A stretch of DNA of 64,000 nucleotides. Origin: Candidatus Latescibacterota bacterium. GTDB lineage: Bacteria; Latescibacterota; UBA2968; UBA8231. The DNA lies in NCBI GenBank assembly GCA_965200315.1, contig OZ241362.1, positions 2,816,001 to 2,880,000 on the forward strand, read 5' to 3'. The position numbers and the translations under genes are program-made. Positions 46,871-56,234 of the stretch are shown piece by piece. A model generated the notes under the pieces. It was not told where the DNA came from. It searched no databases and saw only the letters and a list, made by a program, of their open reading frames with translations. How positions within the stretch are numbered: position 1 is the first letter of the stretch; every line of letters begins with the position of its first letter.

Positions 46871-47977
46871 ATGAAAGCATCCCAAGCTCCCACTCCAGCT
46901 AGCCGCCTGCACGATCTATTGCGCCCCGAAGTCCTAGCCGCCTTCGACCGCGATTTTTTTGAACGGGAAGGTTACTGGATCTGGGAGGGCATCTTGACCG
47001 ATGCTGGGCAACAGCACTGGACGGCCAGCCTGCAAAAGCTACAACGGATGAACGACGCCATTGTAGTAGGGACTGACTGGGCCGCCATTGACTACGCGGG
47101 CCGTGGGTTGCCCGAACCGACACCAGAGCAGACGACTCCTGAGTTCCTGTCCGCCTGTTGCGGTGGATCGGAGCAGATGCGCTTTATGTCGCCGGAACTC
47201 CGCGCCTATATGTACGAACACGGGCTTTTCGGACTTGGTTCCGCGCCGGTCGCGGCGGAATTTGAGTGGCAGGGGATGATGCCCGAATACTTTCCGCTTG
47301 CCTACGACGGCTTTATCCTCGACGTCACTACCAGCCATCCGCAGATGATGGAACTCTTCGGTCAGCTCCTCGGTGAGCGCTTCCTGATCGACCACTGCCT
47401 GATGCTCAACCGGCCGGCGGGATCAAGGGGGCGACGCTGGCATGCACACCCATATCGCCAAGGGCAGTACGAGGTCGAAAGCGAAATTGGCGACGGCCAC
47501 GCGCTGACCGCTCAATTCCTAGCGCAGCAATGCGTCCGCACCCTGTGCTATCCCGAAGGGATGGGGATCGGCGATGGGGGCGGTGAGTTGGCCGTTATTC
47601 CCGGTTCCCACCTCTACCGCATTCCCTATCGGTGGAATTCCACGCGGACCGAATACGACGACGAAATGCAGATCGGCTGGATGACGAGCAAAATCCACGC
47701 CTTTACCGGCGAGCCGTTGCGGATTGAGCGCTTGTCGCTGCCGCCGGGCAGCATGGTCTCCTTCGTCCACCACATGCCGCATCACGTCGGCCACCGCGAC
47801 TTGGACGCGCCCACTCGCTGGGGTCTGCTGATGGCCTACCGGACCCCCGACCCCAAAGCTAGCCCGGCCAAGTGGAACGAAGGGACACCCACCCACTGGG
47901 CCGAGCGCGTGGAAGGAGCGGGCAGGCTCACTCCCGCAATGCGCCGGATATTCGAAGGGGACGATCCTTTGGCTTAG
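46871..47977 (+). CDS. PhyH-like dioxygenase with HxH motif
   Basis: FEREGY, WHAH, LAVIPGSHL, PPGSMVSFVHHMPH. Confidence 0.8.
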   Translation: MKASQAPTPASRLHDLLRPEVLAAFDRDFFEREGYWIWEGILTDAGQQHWTASLQKLQRMNDAIVVGTDWAAIDYAGRGLPEPTPEQTTPEFLSACCGGSEQMRFMSPELRAYMYEHGLFGLGSAPVAAEFEWQGMMPEYFPLAYDGFILDVTTSHPQMMELFGQLLGERFLIDHCLMLNRPAGSRGRRWHAHPYRQGQYEVESEIGDGHALTAQFLAQQCVRTLCYPEGMGIGDGGGELAVIPGSHLYRIPYRWNSTRTEYDDEMQIGWMTSKIHAFTGEPLRIERLSLPPGSMVSFVHHMPHHVGHRDLDAPTRWGLLMAYRTPDPKASPAKWNEGTPTHWAERVEGAGRLTPAMRRIFEGDDPLA

Positions 47978-48180
47978 CCTCTGGTTACAGACCGATGCTC
48001 TCCGGCCCCAACCTTGTTCGGCCCAACGTGATCGGGAGTATGTGAACGCAGCAATTCAAGGTGGGTTCAGGGAAAATCGCCGTTCCCGTGCTGCCCCATT
48101 AGTCTGGGTCGGCTAAGACTGGCGTTTAGTACCTATAAGGTCCTATACTATCGCCAATCGCATCCACAAGGAGATACGCC

Positions 48181-50139
48181 ATGACTGGTTCCCTGCTCCT
48201 TGCCGTCGCCCTGTTTGCTTCACCGTTGCTGGCCGATTCCACCGGCGAGTGGCGTTCATACGGCGCGACGACAGCCAGCACCAAATACGCCCCTTTCGAC
48301 CAAATCGACGCCACCAATTTCGCCCAGCTAGAAGTAGCTTGGACCTGGGCTTCGGCCGACCAGCCCATCCTTGACGCCCATCCAGAAATCTGGACCATGG
48401 TCTTTGAGGGCACACCGCTCCAAGTCGGCGACAGACTCTACGTCAGCACCTCGCTCAACCTAGTTGTCGCACTCGACGCTACGAGCGGTAAGACAATCTG
48501 GACCTACGACCCGGGCACCTGGAGGTCGGGTACGCCAGCCAACGTCGGCCTAGTCCATCGCGGCGTCTCCTACTGGGAGGACGGCGACGACCGGCGCATC
48601 CTCTTTGGCACCGGCGATGCCTATCTCATCGCCCTCAACGCCGATACCGGCCAACCTGTCCAGAGCTTTGGCGACGACGGCCGCGTCGATTTGACCAAGG
48701 GCTTGCGCCGGCCAATCGAACGCGAACTCTACGCCGTCACCTCGCCGCCGGTCATCTGCGGCGACATCGCCATTGTCGGCGCGGTGGTTCTCGACGCCTT
48801 TGCCGTTGGTCGTCCGCCCGACGAGACCATGCCCCCAGGCGATGTGCGCGGCTTTGACGTGCGCACTGGTGCCCAAAAGTGGGTCTTTGAGACCATCCCA
48901 CAGGAGGGAGCCTTCGGCAACGAGACTTGGGAAGACGGTTCGTGGGAAAACACTGGCAATACCAATGTCTGGACCCTGATGAGTGCCGATCCCGAACTGG
49001 GCTACGTCTATTTGCCGGTGAGCACCCCGACCAACGACTACTATGGAGGGCACCGCCCCGGCGACAACCTCTTCGCCGAGAGCCTCGTCTGCCTCGACGC
49101 CGCTACGGGTGAGCGCGTCTGGCACTTCCAGATCACCCACCACGGGATGTGGGACTACGATCTGCCGGCAGCGCCCAACCTCGTCGATATCAGCGTCGGA
49201 GGCCGGGAAATCAAAGCCGTGGCCCAAGTTACCAAACAAGGCTTCTGCTTCGTCTTCGACCGCCAAACGGGCGAGCCAATCTGGCCCATCGAGGAAAAAC
49301 CCGTACCGCAATCCGACATTCCCGGCGAAAAGTCTTCGCCCACCCAACCCATCCCCAGCAAGCCAGCTGCTTTCGAGCGCCAGGGCCTGACTGAGGACGA
49401 CCTGATCGACTTTACGCCAACCCTGCGCCAGATGGCCAAGACCATCGCCGCCGACTATAGCTACGGCCCGCTCTACATGGCCCAGACAGTGGAGAGCATG
49501 AATAAGAAGGGGACGATCCTCGTTCCCGGCATTATCGGCGGAGCGAGCTGGGCCGGTGCTGCCGTCGATCCCCACAAAGGCATAATCTACGTTCCCTCCT
49601 ATACGTTCCCGGCCGTGCTGACCCTGACCAAAGCCACCGACCCTAGCGCCCCCTTTCGCTATACCGGCGGGGTAGAGTTTGGTCCCGACGGGCCGCGCGG
49701 CTTGCCTTTGCTCAAGCCACCCTACGGACGGATCACCGCCATTGACCTCAACACCGGCGAGCACCGCTGGCAGGTCCCCGTGGGCGAGGGGCCGCGCGAC
49801 CACCCCAGCCTTGCTCATCTCGACTTGCCGCCCTTGGGCTGGGCACAGCGCAACTTCCCCATCATCACCGAGAGCTTGCTCTTTGCCGCGACTCAGGCGC
49901 AGTGGGACGTGGTCAACAACTCGCCCCGCGGCAACGCCGTCGAGGTCAAAATCAATCCCAATGCGCCCTATCTCTGGGCCTTTGACCCGGACAACGGCGC
50001 GCAGATCGGCAAAGTCGAGCTGCCGCGCAACGCCTCGGGCCAGCCCGTCACCTATATGGCCGGCGGCAAGCAATACATCGCCATCCCCACAGGTGGGGCC
50101 GACCAGCCAGCCGAGTTGGTGGCGCTGAGTCTGCCTTGA
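48181..50139 (+). CDS. PQQ-dependent (quinoprotein glucose) dehydrogenase
   Basis: Signal peptide; WHFQITHHGMWDYD, KPPYG, PVTY..GGKQYI. Confidence 0.92.
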   Translation: MTGSLLLAVALFASPLLADSTGEWRSYGATTASTKYAPFDQIDATNFAQLEVAWTWASADQPILDAHPEIWTMVFEGTPLQVGDRLYVSTSLNLVVALDATSGKTIWTYDPGTWRSGTPANVGLVHRGVSYWEDGDDRRILFGTGDAYLIALNADTGQPVQSFGDDGRVDLTKGLRRPIERELYAVTSPPVICGDIAIVGAVVLDAFAVGRPPDETMPPGDVRGFDVRTGAQKWVFETIPQEGAFGNETWEDGSWENTGNTNVWTLMSADPELGYVYLPVSTPTNDYYGGHRPGDNLFAESLVCLDAATGERVWHFQITHHGMWDYDLPAAPNLVDISVGGREIKAVAQVTKQGFCFVFDRQTGEPIWPIEEKPVPQSDIPGEKSSPTQPIPSKPAAFERQGLTEDDLIDFTPTLRQMAKTIAADYSYGPLYMAQTVESMNKKGTILVPGIIGGASWAGAAVDPHKGIIYVPSYTFPAVLTLTKATDPSAPFRYTGGVEFGPDGPRGLPLLKPPYGRITAIDLNTGEHRWQVPVGEGPRDHPSLAHLDLPPLGWAQRNFPIITESLLFAATQAQWDVVNNSPRGNAVEVKINPNAPYLWAFDPDNGAQIGKVELPRNASGQPVTYMAGGKQYIAIPTGGADQPAELVALSLP

Positions 50140-50158
50140 TAACGGAAGGAGCGTGCGC

Positions 50159-50222
50159 GTGAATTTCCGCTTCCGTCTCGATGCCTTCCGCTGACCGCCC
50201 TAGAATCCTTCCACCAAGACGG
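50159..50222. repeat. Degraded copy of the 5' end of PhyH gene 52195..53013
   Basis: Exact TCCTTCCACCAAGACGG at 50206 and 52243 with weaker similarity upstream; AAGGAG RBS + GTG before the copy. Confidence 0.65.
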
Positions 50223-50290
50223 ATTCGCCGCCATGCCCTGAGTATTCATTCGCCATCTCCGTCGCCGCTTAGTACCCCTCGCTCCCTTCC

Positions 50291-51571
50291 ATGAACTTTT
50301 TCCGCGGCTTCTCGCTCAACACAACCTGCTCCTTTCTGGTCTTTTCTTTGGGCTTTGTGAACTCGGTCCTGCTAGCCGATAAGCTAGGGCCGGAGCACTA
50401 TGGCACCCTAAAGCTATGGACTGCGCTCGTCATGCTGGGCATCCTATTCTTCGGCGAGTGGCTCAGCAAGGGGAACATGTACGTCGTGGGACGCGAGCGA
50501 GAGCGGGAGGCCGCGGTCAACCACACTTTGTTGTATTGCCTCGTCTTAGGTGTCCTCCTGTTGCTGACGGCCCCTTTTAGCTTGGCATTTGCAAAGGTCT
50601 TCGTGCCCAGTATTACCTTGTTCCAATGGGTGTTGGGCGTTTGCGTGATTGCGTTCACCGTGCTACAAAGGGCGGGTTTTTCCGTCTTGTTAGGCGAAGA
50701 TCGGCTCAAGCCCTACGCATTGCTGCCCGTAGTCTTCATCACTATCTATCTCGGCGGCAATCTAGTCCTTTCCCACCTAGGGCAGCTCGAATTGGACCGG
50801 GTGATAGGAGTGTGGGTAGGGGCAGCAGGGATAACGGCCTTGGCAGCTTTTGCCCCATTCTTGTACCGGGAGTTCCGCTTTCGGTGGGGCGGGCGGCACG
50901 CGCTCGGGCAAATGCTGCGCATTGGTTCGCGTGGCGAGGTCTGCTTGGTGCTCATGTTTTTGCTGCTCAAGAGCGACCTCTTTTTGATAGAGCGCTTTTT
51001 GGGCGAGAAGGAGGTCGGCGTGTATGGGGTAGCGACGAACTTTACGGACATGATGCAGCGCGTCGCCAACATTGCCTCGGTCATCCTGCTCGCCAAAATA
51101 GTGCGCGGGCAAGACGATACGCGGCTCTCTTTGGGCGTGGGCCAAGGCATCTTTGTCTTTTCTCTGCTTTCGGCGGTTGTCTTGATCTTCGGCGGACGCC
51201 TGCTGCTGAGCGTTTTCTTTCCCTTGTATCCAGATGCCTACGAGCCGCTTGTTTGGCTGCTGCCCGGCATGTTGTTTTTGGGGTTCGGGGCCGTGTTCAA
51301 CGCCAAGCTAATGGGCGAGGGCTACCCCTCCATGACCCTGTGGGCACCCAGTATCGCTTTGGCGGTCAATGTGGCCCTGAATCTGTTGTTGATCCCCAAG
51401 CTCGGGCTGCGGGGTGCCGCCTTATCTACTTCGCTCGCGTATGCGTTGTGGGGCGTGCTGACGGCCTCTTATTACTTGCGTCTAAACCGGCTGGGCTGGC
51501 AGGCCATTTTCGCGCCGCCCGCGTTTGGGCGAGCGGAAAAGACGACATCGAAGCAACCACCGTCCGCATGA
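50291..51571 (+). CDS. Polysaccharide flippase (Wzx/MOP-like)
   Basis: Multi-TM; LGPEHYG, VGVYGVA, LNLLLIPKLGLRGAALST. Confidence 0.88.
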   Translation: MNFFRGFSLNTTCSFLVFSLGFVNSVLLADKLGPEHYGTLKLWTALVMLGILFFGEWLSKGNMYVVGREREREAAVNHTLLYCLVLGVLLLLTAPFSLAFAKVFVPSITLFQWVLGVCVIAFTVLQRAGFSVLLGEDRLKPYALLPVVFITIYLGGNLVLSHLGQLELDRVIGVWVGAAGITALAAFAPFLYREFRFRWGGRHALGQMLRIGSRGEVCLVLMFLLLKSDLFLIERFLGEKEVGVYGVATNFTDMMQRVANIASVILLAKIVRGQDDTRLSLGVGQGIFVFSLLSAVVLIFGGRLLLSVFFPLYPDAYEPLVWLLPGMLFLGFGAVFNAKLMGEGYPSMTLWAPSIALAVNVALNLLLIPKLGLRGAALSTSLAYALWGVLTASYYLRLNRLGWQAIFAPPAFGRAEKTTSKQPPSA

Positions 51572-52183
51572 AGGAGATACAGTACCTGCTTGAGGCCGTC
51601 GCGAGCATCCACGTCGGCGGCCGTGACCACCCCCTGTCTGAGTAAGCCCAACGTATCCACCAACAGAGGCCGTTTGCGGCCTTTGATCTTTTTGCCGGCG
51701 TCATAACCAAGGGGGTGGCCTTGGGTTGTGGTCTTAATCGTCTGACTGTCGACGAGGCCCGCCGACGGCATCGCAGCCCGTCCGTTCCGGCGGCGCGCCT
51801 GCTGGGTACGCGGAGCCAGCACCGGCGACCAGACCCCTTGCAGGCTCCAGCGACGAAAGTAATCATACACCGTTTGCCACGGCCCAAAACAACCCGGCAA
51901 CCAAGCCCAAGGACACCCCGTCTTGTTCAAATACAAAAGGCCGTTGACGATTTGGCGGCGATCCCGCGGGGGCCGACCCGGACCGTCAAGACGCCAGCGC
52001 GGCACCGGCCGCACCGGTTCGATCCGCCGCCATTGGGCATCGGTTCGATCGGTGGCATATGGCATAGGCGGCGTACTCAGCATACAAGCCTTTCTGTTCA
52101 GATTGTGTGGTGAACACCTGAATAGGGCTCGATGAGTACGCCGGTTCAAATAGCGGCTACATTAAGGGTTTGCAGACGCCTTC
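51572..52183 (-). mobile_element. IS5-family (IS1031-like) element, 3'-truncated transposase
   Basis: TDAQW, KTGCPW..LP..FGPWQTVY.YF..W, DSQTIK, GYDAGKKIKGRKR; terminal GAAGGCGTCTGCAAA (minus strand) next to TAA 52184-52186. Confidence 0.88.
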
Positions 52184-52194
52184 TAAGGACCGCC

Positions 52195-53013
52195 ATGAAC
52201 TCACTATTTCGCCGCCAAGCCCCCTCCGCAGCCGACTTGGACTCCTTCCACCAAGACGGCTACATCTTCTACCCAGACGTACTTAAAGACGAGGCGAGGC
52301 GCAGCCTAACCAACGAAATTCTCGGCCTCGACTCGGTGCGCGGCTACCTCGACGCCTTGGGCGAAAAATCCGCCGCGCCCCAGTCTTACTTCGTCCGCCC
52401 TTGGAATGACCGCGGCCCGTGCGGCGACCGCCTCATCGACGATCCCTTCGTCTCCGCGCTGCTGCAAGCCACCATTGGCCCAAGCTACCACTTCTGCCAC
52501 TCCGCTCTCAACCTCGCTCCGCGCGGCATAGGCCCCATTCCCTTTCACCAAGACCACCACCACTGGAAGCACGAAAACCCCGTCAACCTCGCCGAGCGCG
52601 ACAAGTACTACATTCAAGTTCTCTACTATCCCAATGGCTTCACACTTGGCGACCGCAACCTCAAGGTCATTCCCGGCAGCCACCTCGTCGCCCCGACCAC
52701 AGAGGCCACGCCTGAGCGCATGCTGGCCGGGGCATACGACGCAGAGGCTGGGCGCGAGCTAAAAGAGGTGCGGCTCGCAGTGCCTCCGGGCAGCATGGTC
52801 TATATCGACGCCCGGATTTTCCACGCCGTCGAAGCCAAACCAGCGGACTCTCCCCAGCCCTATCGCATCTTCAACATCGACATCTTTAAAGAAGCCGGGC
52901 CGCCGCATCGCTATACTCAGGAGATTCCGCCCGAGTGGATTGCGCACGCCAGTCCCCAACGCAAAAAACTCTTTCTCCGCGAGCCTTATACGGAGGGATG
53001 CTGGGCGGCCTGA
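52195..53013 (+). CDS. PhyH-family dioxygenase
   Basis: FHQDGY, FHQD, LKVIPGSH, PGSMV...IFHAV. Confidence 0.87.
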   Translation: MNSLFRRQAPSAADLDSFHQDGYIFYPDVLKDEARRSLTNEILGLDSVRGYLDALGEKSAAPQSYFVRPWNDRGPCGDRLIDDPFVSALLQATIGPSYHFCHSALNLAPRGIGPIPFHQDHHHWKHENPVNLAERDKYYIQVLYYPNGFTLGDRNLKVIPGSHLVAPTTEATPERMLAGAYDAEAGRELKEVRLAVPPGSMVYIDARIFHAVEAKPADSPQPYRIFNIDIFKEAGPPHRYTQEIPPEWIAHASPQRKKLFLREPYTEGCWAA

Positions 53014-53121
53014 GCGTTTTCGGCTAGGCATGGCGGCACTCGACTCGAGACCTTACAATACCACCGTCCACTGTCTGCGGCGCACAGAAGCAAGTGCCGT
53101 CTTTGTTAGAGGAGCTTTACC

Positions 53122-54297
53122 ATGAGAGTAGCCGCCATCGCCACCATCTACTATCCCAAGTCCCATGCCGACGTCATTGCCACCAAGTTTATGAAGGGCA
53201 TGTCCACGGACGAGGGTCTGATGCCTCCAGAAGTGGACCTAGTATCCTTGTACATCGACCACGTGCTGGAAAACGATATCGGCGTGGGCTTGGCCCAAGA
53301 GTACGGGGTACCCATCTATCCCAGCATCCGCCGCGCCCTGCACGCTGGTGCCGACCGGCTCAATGTAGATGCGGTGCTGCTCATCGGTGAGCACGGCGAC
53401 TATCCTTGGAACGAGCGGGGCCGCCACATGTACCCGCGCCGCTACTTCTTTGAGCAAATCGCCGGCGTCTTTGCCGAGAGCGGCCGCTCGGTGCCCGTAT
53501 TTTCAGATAAGCATTTCGCCTATGACTTTAGGGACGCTCAGTGGATGTGGGATCGGGCAGAAGAATTGGCTATCCCGCTGATGGCCGGGTCGTCGCTGCC
53601 CTTGGCTTGGCGCTCGCCTTGGCTGGAGCATCCCAAGGAGACGCCCATTGAGGAAGCGCTATCCATCGGCTACGGCGGCATCGAGGCATACGGGTACCAC
53701 GCCTTAGAGACTTTGCAGTGCATGGTCGAGCGGCGCAGCGGCGGCGAGCAGGGGGTGGTGTGGGTGCAGTGCCTCGAAGGGGACGACGTGTGGGGTGCCC
53801 GCGACGAGGGGCTGTGGTCTGGAGAGTTGGCCGAGGCCGCTTGCGCTGCCATTGCCAAAAAGCCGGATGGGCCGATGGAGGAACATGCCAAAGAGCCGGC
53901 CGTTTTTCTCATCGAGCACGGCGACGGATTGCGCACGGCGACGTTGATGCTCAACGGCTATGTCAGCGACTTCGCCTATGCCGCCCGGATAGGAGGGCAG
54001 GTGCAGGCCACGGAGTTCTACCTGCAAAACGGAGGGCCGTTTGCCCATTTCGGCTATCTGTGCCGCAACATCCAGCAGTTTTTCAAAACGGGTCAGGCGC
54101 CGTATCCGCCCGAGCGTACCTTGCTGACGACCGGGGTTATCGACGCGGCGATGAACTCGCGCTACGAAGGGCACCGCCGCGTCGAGACGCCTTACTTAGA
54201 CATCGCCTACCAGTCTTACGACCAGATGCCGCAGCGGCCACTGGGGCCACGCCCCAGCGGTGCCTGCATTGATCCGCAGTCGCCCGACATTCTGTGA
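53122..54297 (+). CDS. Conserved hypothetical protein, Gfo/Idh/MocA-like oxidoreductase fold
   Basis: VDAVLLIGEHGDYP, PVFSDKH, MAGSS, YGYHALE; AGGAG RBS. Confidence 0.7.
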   Translation: MRVAAIATIYYPKSHADVIATKFMKGMSTDEGLMPPEVDLVSLYIDHVLENDIGVGLAQEYGVPIYPSIRRALHAGADRLNVDAVLLIGEHGDYPWNERGRHMYPRRYFFEQIAGVFAESGRSVPVFSDKHFAYDFRDAQWMWDRAEELAIPLMAGSSLPLAWRSPWLEHPKETPIEEALSIGYGGIEAYGYHALETLQCMVERRSGGEQGVVWVQCLEGDDVWGARDEGLWSGELAEAACAAIAKKPDGPMEEHAKEPAVFLIEHGDGLRTATLMLNGYVSDFAYAARIGGQVQATEFYLQNGGPFAHFGYLCRNIQQFFKTGQAPYPPERTLLTTGVIDAAMNSRYEGHRRVETPYLDIAYQSYDQMPQRPLGPRPSGACIDPQSPDIL

Positions 54298-54307
54298 GGC
54301 AAGCGGT

Positions 54308-54736
54308 TCAACTCTTTTTGTTCAAGAGAAGGGCATCCAGCGAGTAACGCCCGGCTCCGGCCAGAAACAACGTGGCAAAGGGAACGAAATACAACAGAGC
54401 GAACTCTTTTTTCGTCCAAGGGTCGGCTGCGTGGATGATAAAGGCGGCTACCAGCATGGTGACCATGAGCGGCACGGCGGCCCAGCGGGTGGCAAACCCA
54501 AAAATCACCGCTAGAGAGCACAGGAATTCGGCTCCCGTAGCCAAGGCCATGCTCAGCGGCGACCCAATGCCCAACGGGTCCGGGAAGGTGGCGGACTTAT
54601 CAGCAAAGCTCGTCAACTTACCCCAGCCGTGACCGACCAACATCATGCCGCCGACAGCCACTCTCAACAGCAGCAACCCCAACGAGCAACCGACGCCCGT
54701 CTGAGAATGGCTGCACAACACTTTTAACAAGAACAT
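54308..54736 (-). CDS. DoxX family membrane protein
   Basis: LLLRV...HGWGK, FPDPLG, GAGRYSLD. Confidence 0.92.
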   Translation of the reverse strand: MFLLKVLCSHSQTGVGCSLGLLLLRVAVGGMMLVGHGWGKLTSFADKSATFPDPLGIGSPLSMALATGAEFLCSLAVIFGFATRWAAVPLMVTMLVAAFIIHAADPWTKKEFALLYFVPFATLFLAGAGRYSLDALLLNKKS

Positions 54737-54802
54737 GTGTTCTCCTTTGGTTTGAAGGTCTTAACCGAATGTTAGGCACGGATTCGTTAGAAGCGCTGCT
54801 AA

Positions 54803-54945
54803 GAAGCTGTCTTAAAATCCCGTCGGGTTGGCTTGCGCGGCTGTTAGGTGGCCTGATCCGCCGGCGTTTTTCGAGGGCGAGACGCCCTCGATCCCAAGCG
54901 CTTGCGCCGCGAGCGAGGGCGAAACCCTAGGTTTAAGAACGCTTC
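54803..54945. mobile_element. MITE of IS5 type with internal REP-like hairpin
   Basis: GAAGCTGTCTTAAA / TTTAAGAACGCTTC (12/14 inverted match), TAA/TAG flanks; internal CGAGGGCG-AGA-CGCCCTCG. Confidence 0.7.
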
Positions 54946-55041
54946 TAGGAGGCTCTAACAAAACCCGCTGGGCGATCCTCGGACGCGAGCGTCCCACCCG
55001 TCTAACTCATTCTCGCGCTTCACCCTGTCATCCATCTGGTC

Positions 55042-55356
55042 TCACTTCTTTAGCTCGACGATGATATTCCGCCACGGCCCCGCGCCAGCGTTAAACGCCT
55101 CGTGTACTGCCTCCCCTTCAATCTCGCTGAACCGCACCTCCCCATCCTTCATATCCCTAGCCTCCCCGCGGTTTCCCTCTGCATCGGCCGCCTGCAATCG
55201 GCCATCGCCAATAACTACGTATAGGTAGTCGTGCTCGTGCCGGTGCATGCCCGTGCCCTCGCCCGGTGCTAACCGCAGATCCCAAACCCGCACCCGCGCA
55301 TTCTCAAAGAGCAATTGCGTTCCTACTTCTGGCGAAACGGTTTTGTTTGTTTCCAT
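55042..55356 (-). CDS. Cupin domain protein
   Basis: LFENARVRVW, HRHEHDY, HEAFN; AGGAGGA RBS. Confidence 0.88.
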   Translation of the reverse strand: METNKTVSPEVGTQLLFENARVRVWDLRLAPGEGTGMHRHEHDYLYVVIGDGRLQAADAEGNRGEARDMKDGEVRFSEIEGEAVHEAFNAGAGPWRNIIVELKK

Positions 55357-55594
55357 AATTCTCCTCCTTTTGCGCCCAAGATATATTTAGGGATCCCTGT
55401 TCACAACCCTACCTGCGTTTGCCGAGGTCACCACAACAAGGGAAGCGCGCTCTGTCGCATCGACAAAAGAAAACAGCATACACTTTGAAAACCATAGATT
55501 CAACATACAAGGGGGCTTTCAGTACATGCCGTCCCGCGCCATCTTCGTCAGAGATGTAGAAAAGGCGAGCGTCGAATCCTATCAGGCTGTCCGC

Positions 55595-56158
55595 ATGAGA
55601 ATAGTCATACCAGCAATTTTTGCGGTCCTCTTTTTGTCGGGTGCCGCCAGCCGTAACATCACACCCGACGCCGAGACTCGGGCTACGATCTGGAATTCCC
55701 ACGAGGGAGAACTTGATTTCTTAGGGGACGGCAAGGTTCCCCAAGATGCCGATGCCCTGCCCTTCACTTGGGCGACCAAAGGGGTCTTGGTATTTGCCTG
55801 GGAGAAACCGCTACGGCTGGAAAAATTGCGAATCTACATCGGCACCATCGGCAACAACTACCAAGTTCGCACCTATCTAGGCGGGCGCTTAGACGAGACC
55901 GGCACTCTGCGTGAACCCGAAGGGGTGCAAACCGCCCTGATCGAAGAGAACGCGCGGGCCGTGGACCAGTGGATCGAGATTTATTTCCCCCCAAACACTA
56001 GAGCCGACAACCTCGAACTATGGACGCTCGGCCCTACCGTCTTCTACGAGGTGGAGATCTACGTGCATAGCCCAGACGCTACCGCAGTCAAGCGGTTGAA
56101 CTGGGGAAAAATCAAGGCAGGCCAAGGATCCCTTTCAATACGGAGCCAAATACCGTAA
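55595..56158 (+). CDS. Secreted hypothetical protein with C-terminal TAV...WGKIK motif
   Basis: Signal-peptide-like N-terminus; ends TAVKRLNWGKIKA. Confidence 0.7.
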   Translation: MRIVIPAIFAVLFLSGAASRNITPDAETRATIWNSHEGELDFLGDGKVPQDADALPFTWATKGVLVFAWEKPLRLEKLRIYIGTIGNNYQVRTYLGGRLDETGTLREPEGVQTALIEENARAVDQWIEIYFPPNTRADNLELWTLGPTVFYEVEIYVHSPDATAVKRLNWGKIKAGQGSLSIRSQIP

Positions 56159-56234
56159 ATATAACCTTACGGCCACGCGGACATCCGCCGCTTGTACGTG
56201 CGCAGTGCCGACTCCAAATACGGGAGATTTGGTC

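Noticed and set aside
48550-50073. Long antisense ORFs (also 24235..25515, 46021..46893, 62288..63175, 15220..16086)
   Set aside because: Shadows of well-supported genes in high-GC DNA, with no recognisable motifs.
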